From: Candidatus Babeliales bacterium
GTDB lineage: Bacteria > Babelota > Babeliae > Babelales > JANWKD01
NCBI GenBank assembly: GCA_963762115.1
Contig: CAVXJH010000003.1
Coordinates: forward strand, 128,001-192,000
Length of the DNA: 64,000 bases
Direction of reading: 5' to 3'
The position numbers and the translations under genes were made by a program. This document shows positions 39,806 through 49,842 of this stretch, piece after piece. Each line of letters begins with the position of its first letter. Position 1 is the first letter of the stretch. Under the pieces are notes generated by a model, which saw only the letters and a list, made by a program, of their open reading frames with translations, searched no databases and was not told where the DNA came from.

Positions 39806-41128
39806 TTATGGCAGTGAAAGCATAGCTTTCATATATTCTTTAACAGTTCCTAATGGTATTCGATCTTGCGAAGTTGAATCGCGATGTCGTACCGTAACGC
39901 AATTATCTTGCTCTGAATCAAAATCATACGTGAAACAAAGCGGCGTGCCAATTTCATCTTGTCGTCTATACCGTTTTCCAATTGAACCTGAATCATCAAA
40001 TTCAAGAGAAATAGCCAATTTTTTTATATCTTGATAGAGTTTGTGCATTGGTTCAGATTGTTTTTTTGTTAAGGGTAAAAAAGCAGCTTTGATAGGCGCT
40101 ATGGTTGGTTTTAAACGTAAAACGACGCGTGTTTCATTTTCAACAACATCTTCATGATAGGCATCAAACAAAATAGTTAAAAACAAACGATCAACACCAA
40201 CAGAAGTTTCTACAACATGAGGCATATACGAAGTTTTGGTTTCTTCATCAAAAACTGCTAGATCTTTTCCTGAAAATTTACTGTGTTGTGTTAAATCAAA
40301 GTCGCCGCGATGCGCGATGCCTTCAATTTCTTTCCAACCGAAGGGAAAATGATACTCAACATCACCCGTTGCTTTTGAATAGTGTGCAAGTTCTGTTTTT
40401 TCTTGATAGCGAATTCGTAAGTTTTCTTCTTGTAAGCCAAAATAATGGGAGTAAGAGGCTAAACGATCTTTACACCACAACGTGAAGTAATCATCGGATT
40501 GTTCAGGTTTGCAAAACCATTCCATTTCCATTTGTTCAAATTCACGCATACGAAATAAAAATTGTTTTGGGGTGATTTCGTTTCTAAATGCCTTACCGAT
40601 TTGAGCGATGCCAAAAGGAATTTTTATGCGATTTGAACGCATAACATTTTTAAAATTAACAAAGATTGCTTGAGCTGTTTCGGGGCGTAAATAAGCATCG
40701 GTAGAATGTTCAGCTGATGCGCCAACATTAGTTTTGAACATCATATTGAATTGGCGAACATCGGTCCACGCTTTTTGGCCGCAATGAGGGCACGATTTAT
40801 CAAGATCAATATCATCAGCACGGTAACGATGTTTACAGTTTAAACAATCAACTAAAGGATCATTAAAATTTTCAAGGTGACCTGAAGCTTTCCAAACGAT
40901 TTCAGGGGCAAGAAGGGCTCCTTCAAGTAAAAGAATATCTTCTTGCGCTGCAAACATTGATTTTAACCATGCTTTGCGAATGTTTTGTTTGAGCAGAGTG
41001 CCTAATGGACCTACGTCATATACGCCATTTAACCCACCATAAATATCAGCTGATGGATAGACAAATCCTCTTCTTTTGCATAAGGCAACTAATTTTTCGA
41101 GAGTAACGACTGATTCTGCAGGTTTCAT
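39806..41128 (-). CDS. glyS: glycine--tRNA ligase, alpha2 (GlyQS) type
   Basis: LCKRRGF, YLRPETAQ, FRNEITP, FRMREFEQME, GSIGKRYRRQDEIGTP. Confidence 0.96.
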   Translation of the reverse strand: MKPAESVVTLEKLVALCKRRGFVYPSADIYGGLNGVYDVGPLGTLLKQNIRKAWLKSMFAAQEDILLLEGALLAPEIVWKASGHLENFNDPLVDCLNCKHRYRADDIDLDKSCPHCGQKAWTDVRQFNMMFKTNVGASAEHSTDAYLRPETAQAIFVNFKNVMRSNRIKIPFGIAQIGKAFRNEITPKQFLFRMREFEQMEMEWFCKPEQSDDYFTLWCKDRLASYSHYFGLQEENLRIRYQEKTELAHYSKATGDVEYHFPFGWKEIEGIAHRGDFDLTQHSKFSGKDLAVFDEETKTSYMPHVVETSVGVDRLFLTILFDAYHEDVVENETRVVLRLKPTIAPIKAAFLPLTKKQSEPMHKLYQDIKKLAISLEFDDSGSIGKRYRRQDEIGTPLCFTYDFDSEQDNCVTVRHRDSTSQDRIPLGTVKEYMKAMLSLP

Positions 41129-41269
41129 TGCAATACATATTCCTTTCATTCTAGTCGCTGAGTGCTTTGGAGTTCGTTCTTGTTATATTTTTTGTTTTAT
41201 CCTATTTTAGGAATGATAAAACTCAAATATTATTGTATAGTACCATTATTTATAAGAAATGGAATCTTA

Positions 41270-42916
41270 ATGAAAATCGTTGAATTGTTGCGCACTATTT
41301 TATGTATCTTTTTATTCGTATTACTTTTTGGAGTCGCTTACTTTTTATATAAAAAGCAAGAACAACTTTCTTCTTCACTGCAAGAATTGCATAAAAAAGA
41401 ATTGGCAGTTGCCGGTGAAAAAGGCAAAGAAGCGCCAATTATTGAAAAAATAATTTCTCGACAGCAGACGTGGAGTGATTTACAAACGATTGTAAAAGAT
41501 ACCGTTGTACAAATATTTGCTCAAAAAGCTGCCCCTGACCTATTGCAACCTTATAAAACACCAACGCCGTATCAAGCTACGGGAAGCGGTTTTTTCATTA
41601 ATGAAGAAGGCGAAATTGTAACCAATGCTCATGTCGTTGATCAATCAAAATCAGTTTGGATTCAAATCCCTTCGCTAGGAAAACAGCAAATAGATGTTGA
41701 GGTTGTTGGTGTGAGTCCCGATCGTGATCTTGCTTTGTTACGAGTAAAGCCTGAAGGTATGGAGATTCTCAAAAAAGAAATCGGTTCTATTAAGTTTTTG
41801 CAGTTAGGAAATTCTGATTTTGTGCATCGTGCTGATGAAATCATGGCACTTGGTTATCCGCTTGGCCAACAAAGTTTAAAAAGTACAACCGGTGTGGTGA
41901 GTGGTCGCGAACAGCATTTAATTCAAATTAGTGCACCAATAAATCCGGGGAATTCTGGTGGGCCTTCATTAAATATTCAAGGCGAAGTTATCGGTATTAA
42001 TACTGCCTACGTTCCTGACGCACAAAGCGTTGGGTACCTTATTCCGATTAATGAACTTAAGATAATACTTGATGATTTGCGCAAAGTAATGCTGTTAAAA
42101 AGACCATTTTTGGGTGTTTTATTTAATAATGCTAGTGAAGCATTGACTCAATTTTTGGGTAATCCTTTACCGGGTGGTTTATATGTTGTTGATATTTATA
42201 AAGATAGTCCTTTGCATAAGGCCGGTGTGCAAAAACGTGATATGATTTATGAAATTAATGGTCATAAAATAGATTTTTATGGTGAATTATTATGGAACGA
42301 AGATAAGATTTCAATCGTTGATTATGTTTCACAGTTAAAATTGGGGCAAGAAGTTGATTTAACCGTGTATCGCAACGGCGTTCGCAAGGACCTTAAATTT
42401 ATCTTTGATCAAGCTGAATTTTTGCCCATTCATAAAATATATCCTGGATATGAAGATATTGATTATGAAATTTTCGCCGGTATGGTTGTGCAGCCCTTAA
42501 CGACAAATCATTTACCGTTACTCGTTAATATTGCGCCAGGATTAACGCGTTATGCGGAGATGAAATATCAAATGGAACCAGCACTGATTATTACGCATAT
42601 TTTCCCCGATTCGCAGGCACAACGATCACGATCTATTATGCCTGGAGGAATTTTAAATGAAGTTAATGGTATTCGCGTTAAAACATTAGATGAACTAAGA
42701 AAAGCATTATTCAAGAGTTTCGAAACAAATGTTGTTACTATTGAAACTGCTGATGCGATTTTTGTTGTAGTGCCTTTCAAAAAAATCATTGAAGATGAAA
42801 AACGTTTATCAAAAGACTATTTCTATCCAATGACCCAAGGGGTAAAGGCGCTTGTTGAAAAAGTTGAAGCTGAAGAAAAAGCTCAAGAAGTTGTTGATAC
42901 AAAAGAGAAAGAATAA
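41270..42916 (+). CDS. HtrA/Deg-like serine protease with PDZ domains
   Basis: GSGF, TNAHVV, DLALL, INPGNSGGP; N-terminal TM anchor. Confidence 0.93.
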   Translation: MKIVELLRTILCIFLFVLLFGVAYFLYKKQEQLSSSLQELHKKELAVAGEKGKEAPIIEKIISRQQTWSDLQTIVKDTVVQIFAQKAAPDLLQPYKTPTPYQATGSGFFINEEGEIVTNAHVVDQSKSVWIQIPSLGKQQIDVEVVGVSPDRDLALLRVKPEGMEILKKEIGSIKFLQLGNSDFVHRADEIMALGYPLGQQSLKSTTGVVSGREQHLIQISAPINPGNSGGPSLNIQGEVIGINTAYVPDAQSVGYLIPINELKIILDDLRKVMLLKRPFLGVLFNNASEALTQFLGNPLPGGLYVVDIYKDSPLHKAGVQKRDMIYEINGHKIDFYGELLWNEDKISIVDYVSQLKLGQEVDLTVYRNGVRKDLKFIFDQAEFLPIHKIYPGYEDIDYEIFAGMVVQPLTTNHLPLLVNIAPGLTRYAEMKYQMEPALIITHIFPDSQAQRSRSIMPGGILNEVNGIRVKTLDELRKALFKSFETNVVTIETADAIFVVVPFKKIIEDEKRLSKDYFYPMTQGVKALVEKVEAEEKAQEVVDTKEKE

Positions 42917-43276
42917 TTATTCTTCTTTTTGCTCAATTAATTGTATGAGCATTGTTGCTGCACTAGCAAGCTCAGAATGGTGATATTCTTCAGCATGTTG
43001 TTTTGCAGCAACAAGGGCTGAATAATAGATTTTTTCAAAATTTCCCAGAGGAAATTCGTAATATGCTTTGGTACCTTGGCTTTCTTCGCAATTAATTGCT
43101 AAAAACCATAGACCATAGTTGTGCCATGCATGATTAGCTAGATAGGCATCTTCGCTTTCAGGAGAAGGTTTTTCTTTTTCCCAGGTTTTTTTGTTATGTA
43201 CATAATTACCATTGTTGATCTGGTCTTGTGCAAAAGATACTGCGTCTTTATTAAGTCTGAGATGAGGCGTAGCCAT
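42917..43276 (-). CDS. conserved hypothetical protein
   Basis: YGLWFLA..TKAYYEFPLGNF..ALVAA resembles a widespread uncharacterised family. Confidence 0.7.
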   Translation of the reverse strand: MATPHLRLNKDAVSFAQDQINNGNYVHNKKTWEKEKPSPESEDAYLANHAWHNYGLWFLAINCEESQGTKAYYEFPLGNFEKIYYSALVAAKQHAEEYHHSELASAATMLIQLIEQKEE

Positions 43277-43422
43277 TTTGTTTTTTCCTTGAGGTTGTTT
43301 TGCTATACTAGTATTAAACATTTTTAGAGTACATACTTATTTTATAAAAAAGCAAGAGATGTACCATGATAATAAGAGAATATATTTTTATTGATAGTTG
43401 AAAATACCCCTGAAACAAAAAT

Positions 43423-44157
43423 ATGAAACAAAAAAAAAGACTCGATCAAAAAGTGCTTGAACTCTATCCAACATTAACAAGAACGTATATTCAAAGTTTG
43501 ATTATGCAGGGTAAGGTTTTGGTGGATGATGTCCCCTGCACAAAAGCGGGAACCCAAATTGCTGATGATGTTGTCATCAGACTTCGTGATATACAACAAA
43601 AATTTGTTTCACGTGCGGGATTTAAGCTTGAAAAAGCATTAGATCATTTTGGCATTTCTGTTCAAGATCTTATAGTTTTGGATGCAGGATTGTCAACCGG
43701 CGGTTTTAGTGATTGTTTGTTGCAACGTGGTGCAAAAAAAATATATGGCATTGATGTTGGGTATGGGCAAGCTCATGAAAAAATTCGTCAAGATCCTCGT
43801 GTTGTTGTTATGGAAAAAACGAATCTGAGATATGTTGATTCACTTCCTGAGCTTGTTGATTTGGTTACCTTAGATCTTTCTTTTATTTCAGTCCTCAAGG
43901 TTATTCCTGCCCTTAAAAAACTTATGCAGCCTTATGGGATGCTCATTGTTCTTATTAAACCTCAATTTGAAGCCCGGCGTAGCCAAGTTGGCAGTGGTGG
44001 TATTATCAAGGATGAAAAGATTCATGCCGAAGTTATTCATAACGTTGTTGAGGGTATCAAAGAACAGGGATTCACTTTTATTGGTGTTACTGATTCACCT
44101 ATTACCGGTACTGATGGCAATAAAGAATTCCTCGCGTATTTCAAGAAAATTGAATAA
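43423..44157 (+). CDS. tlyA: TlyA family rRNA methyltransferase
   Basis: S4 domain RLD, FVSRAGFKL, DAGLSTGGFSD, DLSFIS, LIKPQFE. Confidence 0.95.
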   Translation: MKQKKRLDQKVLELYPTLTRTYIQSLIMQGKVLVDDVPCTKAGTQIADDVVIRLRDIQQKFVSRAGFKLEKALDHFGISVQDLIVLDAGLSTGGFSDCLLQRGAKKIYGIDVGYGQAHEKIRQDPRVVVMEKTNLRYVDSLPELVDLVTLDLSFISVLKVIPALKKLMQPYGMLIVLIKPQFEARRSQVGSGGIIKDEKIHAEVIHNVVEGIKEQGFTFIGVTDSPITGTDGNKEFLAYFKKIE

Positions 44158-44305
44158 TTATTTTTAAAATTTCCTTCAAAATATTTTCAGGCAGAAATGG
44201 CTACAGGGAAGGGCTCGCCCTCTGTGTAATTCATTTTGACATTATTATCAGTTTATAATAATCTATTCACTAGTAATAAGTTTCATAATTGAAATGGGGT
44301 TTAGG

Positions 44306-47098
44306 ATGAGTTATAAAAGTCTTTTTTTTGTTATAGTTCTGATTTTTTTCTGTGAAGTGCAGGGTATGCAGCGCAGAGTTATTGGAAATCTCAAGGCATC
44401 AACAAGCCTTTTTTCTGGATTTTGCCAAAAATATAATCCTTTTCGGTCTCTGCATTGGAGTAATCTTAAGGGTACATCAGCTGTTTTTACTAGTGAAAAA
44501 CAACATTTATCACCGGTAAATGGTGCAGCCTTGAGTGAAGGTAATTGGATTGAAAATGTATATCAATTTGGTCCTGATACTGATGCCACCACGACAATGA
44601 CGCGCAGTCTTTTTAATAAATTGGGAAATGAATATATTAGGCCGACAGCTAATAAATCATTGCCGGGTGCCTCTCTTACGCCTGAAATTACAGGGGATAT
44701 TATGAGTGCTTTGGAGCATAAAAATCTTAATAATCCTGAAATAAGAAAAGACATTATTGATAAATGGTGTGCGACTCATAAGACCCTTTTTGATACAAAA
44801 GTCACCAAAGCAAAAATAGAAAGATTGCTTGATACTATTGATCGGGCAGCTCAAGAATGCGATTTTAATAATAAAGATGCTTTATATATGCCTTATATGG
44901 TGCAGGCTATTTTGTTGGGGCATTTATATAAAAAAAGTGATACTAAAAAAGATCTTGAAAGTTATATACATGCAATACAAGACAAACTGCCGAGCGCTTT
45001 AAAACAACCTTATGTGCAAAAAAAATCGTATGTTGATTCTATAAAAAGATTTATTTTTGGAGAAAAATTTAAGGAAGAAGCTAAATTGGCAACCGACCCA
45101 CTTGCAGAAATTCTTGATACACAATTTGAAAACACGGTATTGGATTATTTTAAGCAAAAATATTCATTGCCTTTTGTTGAACAAAAATCATATCCATTTG
45201 CTGAGAAGTCCCCAACGCCAAACTGCATGGAAGCCTCTATGCAAAATATTTTTAATACATTATTGTATGATTCTGAAAAAAATATGTTTGATTTTTCTCG
45301 ATTGCCACAAGGTTTGGTAATACATCCTGATTTAAAAAAATTTTACAATGCGCACGCTGTTGATGCGGTTAATGAATCAACGGTTGGACGGGCTTGGATG
45401 AATCTTATGTCAGGCAAAGATTTTTTGCGTTATAAAAAGGGCGATTATGATTTGAATCCTCGTGTTTCAAATTTTATAAAAGTTATACAATATTTTTTAA
45501 ATATTGATGGTGAATTAACCCTTGAAGAATTAGCAAAAAAACTTTCTGATCACAGGAGAGAAATACAATTTATAAAACACAATGATAAAGATAATAATAA
45601 TCAGATTGATATTCATGTGACCGATAAGATTAATAAAGGGAAAGAAATTATTAAGCTGCATTTGGATGCTGGGCATGCATGGATAGAAAAGCCGAATGAT
45701 AGAAAATTATTATGTGATAATATAATGTTTGATACTTTTGCAGTTCCTTTTTTACAAGAAAAATTTTCTGGTGATCCCCAAAAAAGTAGTAAGCTCGGTA
45801 TTTTACAATCATTGGTATATCCTCGTGAAAGGTGTAATGGTGTTGTTTCGGGATATCGGCCTACAGCAACAAGGATGATGCAAGCTCATTTTTCAAGGAA
45901 TCTACAGGATCTTTTAGAAATTGTTAATACGTTTTCTGAGATTCTTGATCATTTAGATGATGATGATTGTCGATTGTCGTCTGTAATTTTGCGTTTCAGT
46001 AAGCTATTGCAGAGAAATGATCGTGCCGATGGTTGTTATTTATTGAATAGATTAAGAGCAAAACCAATTAATAGGCATCTCATACATGTTGATTTTCCAG
46101 AAGCAGTAGTAGTTGCCGTTGAACAATCTTCTTTTGATAATGATGAAAATAATGCTCTTTTAGACCAGTGGTTACAAAATCTTAATTCTTATCCGGTATT
46201 TAAAATTATTGCATTTGAATCAATTTTAAAAAAATGTCCTGATGAGAATAATCTTTTATTGAAAAATTATATTATTGATTTTGTTGAAAACAATAAAAAT
46301 ACAGTAAGTATGTGTGTAGAAGGGATTTTTAAATCAATAGAATCATATCCAGTAGATTTAATAGTGAAAATAAATAAATTATTGCCCGAATATAGCCAAG
46401 AAATAATTTTTGCGCAACGACCTTTTTGGGTTTCCACTGAAAGAATTGTTCCTCAGATTGTTAAAAATCCTGAGGCCCTTGAAAAACTTTTACAAATTAA
46501 ATTTCCTGAAGCTTTATATGTATCTGCTATGAACTTAATACCATTATTTGTTTCGGGTGCAAATCTGGATATAAATGAGCGGATTGATGCATTGTTAAAA
46601 GATCTTTCAGGGTATCCTGATCTTAAGCTTGACGTGCTGCGTAAGGGTATAAAACATTGTTCAAAAGAAGAAGATGCTGAAATGATCGAAAGACATATTT
46701 TTGACTTTTTATTACCAAGAAAGTCTGAAGTAAAGAAAAAAGAGATTTCAAAAGAAGAATATGATTTGTTATACAAACAATTTATTCAATATTCAGCAGG
46801 GTATCGAGTTCGAAATTGTAAGCAACCATCTGAGAGAATTATTCGTAATGAAAATTTCCTGAGTATTTTGCAAAGCGGTTCATCATTAGTGCGTTATCTT
46901 GTAGAGTATCCAGATAAAATTTTTCACAATATACAATTATTAATTGACTTAGAAGTAGATATTAACGAAAAAGATCGATCAGGATTAACATTCTTGGATT
47001 TTATTAAAAAACATCGTCGCTATCAATATAGTGATAAAATAATAGCTCAAATTCAAGAAGTTTTGGATAGGCATAATTCAGGTTCGGTTGAATCTTGA
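44306..47098 (+). CDS. large secreted protein; central Cys/His-motif domain and C-terminal ankyrin-like repeat
   Basis: Signal VQG-MQ; PNCMEASMQNIFNTLLYD, WMNLMS, LDAGHA; VDINEKDRSGLTFLD. Confidence 0.75.
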   Translation: MSYKSLFFVIVLIFFCEVQGMQRRVIGNLKASTSLFSGFCQKYNPFRSLHWSNLKGTSAVFTSEKQHLSPVNGAALSEGNWIENVYQFGPDTDATTTMTRSLFNKLGNEYIRPTANKSLPGASLTPEITGDIMSALEHKNLNNPEIRKDIIDKWCATHKTLFDTKVTKAKIERLLDTIDRAAQECDFNNKDALYMPYMVQAILLGHLYKKSDTKKDLESYIHAIQDKLPSALKQPYVQKKSYVDSIKRFIFGEKFKEEAKLATDPLAEILDTQFENTVLDYFKQKYSLPFVEQKSYPFAEKSPTPNCMEASMQNIFNTLLYDSEKNMFDFSRLPQGLVIHPDLKKFYNAHAVDAVNESTVGRAWMNLMSGKDFLRYKKGDYDLNPRVSNFIKVIQYFLNIDGELTLEELAKKLSDHRREIQFIKHNDKDNNNQIDIHVTDKINKGKEIIKLHLDAGHAWIEKPNDRKLLCDNIMFDTFAVPFLQEKFSGDPQKSSKLGILQSLVYPRERCNGVVSGYRPTATRMMQAHFSRNLQDLLEIVNTFSEILDHLDDDDCRLSSVILRFSKLLQRNDRADGCYLLNRLRAKPINRHLIHVDFPEAVVVAVEQSSFDNDENNALLDQWLQNLNSYPVFKIIAFESILKKCPDENNLLLKNYIIDFVENNKNTVSMCVEGIFKSIESYPVDLIVKINKLLPEYSQEIIFAQRPFWVSTERIVPQIVKNPEALEKLLQIKFPEALYVSAMNLIPLFVSGANLDINERIDALLKDLSGYPDLKLDVLRKGIKHCSKEEDAEMIERHIFDFLLPRKSEVKKKEISKEEYDLLYKQFIQYSAGYRVRNCKQPSERIIRNENFLSILQSGSSLVRYLVEYPDKIFHNIQLLIDLEVDINEKDRSGLTFLDFIKKHRRYQYSDKIIAQIQEVLDRHNSGSVES

Positions 47099-47174
47099 TG
47101 AACTATTGTTGCAATTTCATAATAAAGTATATTTTGGTAATAAATATCTTAAATACTTTAAAAAGGAGTTGTGT

Positions 47175-47501
47175 ATGATGCTTAAAAAATCTTATTTTTT
47201 CGTTTTGCTTATTACTGTTTTTTCGAAAAATGTTTTTGCTATGGAAGCAATACTTGGCAAAGTAGTGCCAGAATCTGAACTAAAAAATCTACGAGAATGG
47301 AATGAAAAAGCAGTAAAGAGAGGTGCACTTGTTGCGTATAAATCGGGACAACGCTTTTATTATGCTGCTTTACATGAAAAATTAATAGATAATAGTTATA
47401 CAGTCATTATATTACAAAAAACTGATGAGCGCGGGGTGCAATCAGCTCATGGCAGAAAAGCAGAACGTGAAGATTTACGTATTGTTGCTCAAGAAAAATA
47501 A
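47175..47501 (+). CDS. small secreted hypothetical protein
   Basis: RBS AAGGAG; signal peptide VFA-ME. Confidence 0.7.
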   Translation: MMLKKSYFFVLLITVFSKNVFAMEAILGKVVPESELKNLREWNEKAVKRGALVAYKSGQRFYYAALHEKLIDNSYTVIILQKTDERGVQSAHGRKAEREDLRIVAQEK

Positions 47502-47585
47502 GCCTTGTTTTGTATTTTTTATATAAAATTCATCTTTTAGATTAGCTTTTTTCTTTTTTTTTGGTATTTCTATATGGTACCCTTT

Positions 47586-47662
47586 GCGCCTGTAGCTCAA
47601 TTGGATAGAGCACCGGACTTCGAATCCGTAGGTTGCAGGTTCGACTCCTGCCGGGCGCACCA
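47586..47662 (+). tRNA. tRNA-Arg(TCG)
   Basis: GCGCCTG acceptor stem, TAGCTCAATTGGATAGAGC D-arm, CTTCGAA anticodon loop, GGTTCGACTCC, CCA end. Confidence 0.97.
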
Positions 47663-48200
47663 TACTTCGCATAAAGCTTCGTATGGCAGGCCATTCTTCC
47701 GGCCTGTTCTTCATAGCTCGAAGAGCGAAGTAGAACTCGGCAAACTACGCCTGGCTTCGCCAGTTTTTTTAAATGATTAAAATAAATAATAAATAATGCT
47801 AACTTGATGAAGTTGATGCGAAGTAAAAAATACGTCAGAATGTCATTGCGAACCTTCGAAGCTTTTAGCGAAGTAGGTGTGGCAACCCAGATTATGATGT
47901 TCTATTAAGTCAAATCATTAAAAAATATTAAATATAAAAAGAGCGCCCGTAGCTCAGATGGATAGAGCGACAGATTCCTAATCTGTAGGCCACCGGTTCG
48001 AATCCAGTCGGGCGCACCAACCTACGCCAAGGCTTCGGTTGGCAGGCCAGCTTTTTTAATGATTTTAATAAAATATTTATTTACGAATTGAAGGCGTAGG
48101 TTGTTCGCCGAAGCTTGCCAAGCCGGAAGGCGTGGATAAGCAAAGGCTGGACGATATTATCCTCGGCAAACTACGCCTGGCTTCGCCATTTTCTTAAATG
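47663..48200. repeat. REP-like palindromic modules after each tRNA
   Basis: CTCGGCAAACTACGCCTGGCTTCGCCA identical at 47736 and 48162; GCTTCG..TGGCAGGCCA after both CCA ends; relative of the 29.9-kb element arm at 47841-47936. Confidence 0.8.
47943..48019 (+). tRNA. tRNA-Arg(CCT)
   Basis: GCGCCCG acceptor stem, TTCCTAA anticodon loop, GGTTCGAATCC, CCA end. Confidence 0.97.
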
Positions 48201-48208
48201 AATTGATA

Positions 48209-48694
48209 TTAATAACGTGCTCTATCAGGCATTTTTGAAAACTTTTTCCAAACCTCTACTGCTTCTTCACGTAATTTTTCTGTTGATTTAATAACTCGAT
48301 CGACAGGTTTTTTACACACTTCTTTAAAGATATCGACATCTTTAAAATCGCCATATTTTAAAGCATCTTCCACATGTGCACCATAATAAATATGTTCTAA
48401 ATGTGCCCAATAGGCAGCTGAAAGGCACATAGGGCAAGATTCAGCGCTGGTATAAAGTACACAGCCGGTTAAATGTGGTGAGCCTAACTTTTTGCCAGCT
48501 TCTCTAATTGCCTGCATTTCTGCATGCCATGTAGGATCATTTTCTTTGATAACTTGGTTATATCCTTCAGCAATAATTTTGCCATCTTTTGCAATAACTG
48601 CTCCAAAAACTCCACCTGTTTTTTTAACAAGTGATCCTATCTCACTGAGTTCAATCGCTCGTTTCATAAATGCTTCATTATATTCATTTGCCAT
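48209..48694 (-). CDS. nucleoside/guanine deaminase (cytidine deaminase fold)
   Basis: FGAVI, DPTWHAE, SCPMC. Confidence 0.9.
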   Translation of the reverse strand: MANEYNEAFMKRAIELSEIGSLVKKTGGVFGAVIAKDGKIIAEGYNQVIKENDPTWHAEMQAIREAGKKLGSPHLTGCVLYTSAESCPMCLSAAYWAHLEHIYYGAHVEDALKYGDFKDVDIFKEVCKKPVDRVIKSTEKLREEAVEVWKKFSKMPDRARY

Positions 48695-48812
48695 AAGGGA
48701 ACCTTTCTTTTTTTTAAATTTTATCGCGTAGGGATATAACATTTATTTACTATAAGTTGTTAGGCGATAAAATTGTCAATAATTTGGCGTATTAAAAGAA
48801 GAGTTATGGAGA

Positions 48813-49760
48813 ATGCTTATGAATAATGATGCTAAAGTCACGGTGGTAACACAATTGCAGGTAAAATCTGATAAAAGTCATCAGTTTGCCCAATGGCAAG
48901 AAATGTTACATGAAGCAATAATTGCATTTCCCGGGTATATATCACAAACAATTATGGAACCGATGTTGCCCATGCAGCCTCATTGGGTTCTTATGCAGTA
49001 TTTTGTTTCAGAAGATGCAGCAAAGAATTGGTTACAATCAAATCAACGACAAGAATTATTGAAAACAGTTTTGCCCTTGTTAGTGGAAATAGAAGATATT
49101 TATGTGATTGATAAAAATAAACAGGGCCAAAATGTTGCAATTGCTACCATTTCAACACAAGTTCCTGCTGAATTTGAGCAAAAATTTTTAGATTTTCAGG
49201 TAAAAATAGCTGCTGTGCAATCAAAATTCCCAGGATTTTTGGGATACAAATTAGAGCGACCGCGCTCCGGAGTACATGATTTCTGGGTGGTAACGCTTAC
49301 TTTTGATTCAGAAAGTCATTTAGATGCATGGCTTAACTCTCTTGAGCGTCAAAAATTTGTTACTGCTTTAAATGTTTTTAGCGGAGAAAGTCATATTGAA
49401 AAATCTTCACGAGGATTTGCGTTTTGGTTTAACCCAGCAACAAAGCAAAATTCAATATGGAAGCAAAATATGTTAGTGTTGCTCACGTTGTATCCGGTAG
49501 TTTTTTTATTATCATATGTTCAAAATTTTTTGATGCAGCATGGGATGCCATTTTGGCTTACGTTATTTCTGGGAAATGCTTCCTCAACGGCAATTTTGGG
49601 CTGGTTTACCGTGCCTTGGTTAATGCAGCATTTTGTTTGGTGGCTTGAGCCTAAGGAGAAAGATATTCGTAAGAATACTATTTTGGGAACGGTATTTGTT
49701 ATAGTTTTATATTGCTTAAGCTTAATTATTTGTTGGCTACTTTCGACTTTTTCTAAGTAA
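48813..49760 (+). CDS. tandem ABM-domain protein with C-terminal TM helices
   Basis: Two FPG(Y/F)..W..S..R repeats; WKQ..LVLLTLYP. Confidence 0.8.
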   Translation: MLMNNDAKVTVVTQLQVKSDKSHQFAQWQEMLHEAIIAFPGYISQTIMEPMLPMQPHWVLMQYFVSEDAAKNWLQSNQRQELLKTVLPLLVEIEDIYVIDKNKQGQNVAIATISTQVPAEFEQKFLDFQVKIAAVQSKFPGFLGYKLERPRSGVHDFWVVTLTFDSESHLDAWLNSLERQKFVTALNVFSGESHIEKSSRGFAFWFNPATKQNSIWKQNMLVLLTLYPVVFLLSYVQNFLMQHGMPFWLTLFLGNASSTAILGWFTVPWLMQHFVWWLEPKEKDIRKNTILGTVFVIVLYCLSLIICWLLSTFSK

Positions 49761-49842
49761 GTAAAAATAAGTTTGACTTTTACGCTTGTATATTTTACAT
49801 TGTATATACACTGTACAACATTATAACCGTAAAGGGACCAAA

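Noticed and set aside
43423..44157. TlyA as a haemolysin/toxin
   Set aside because: S4 plus FtsJ-like methyltransferase motifs indicate the ordinary rRNA methyltransferase; nothing here supports a toxin role
47475..47780. ORFs 47475..47714(-) and 47574..47780(+)
   Set aside because: Shadow ORFs overlapping tRNA-Arg(TCG)
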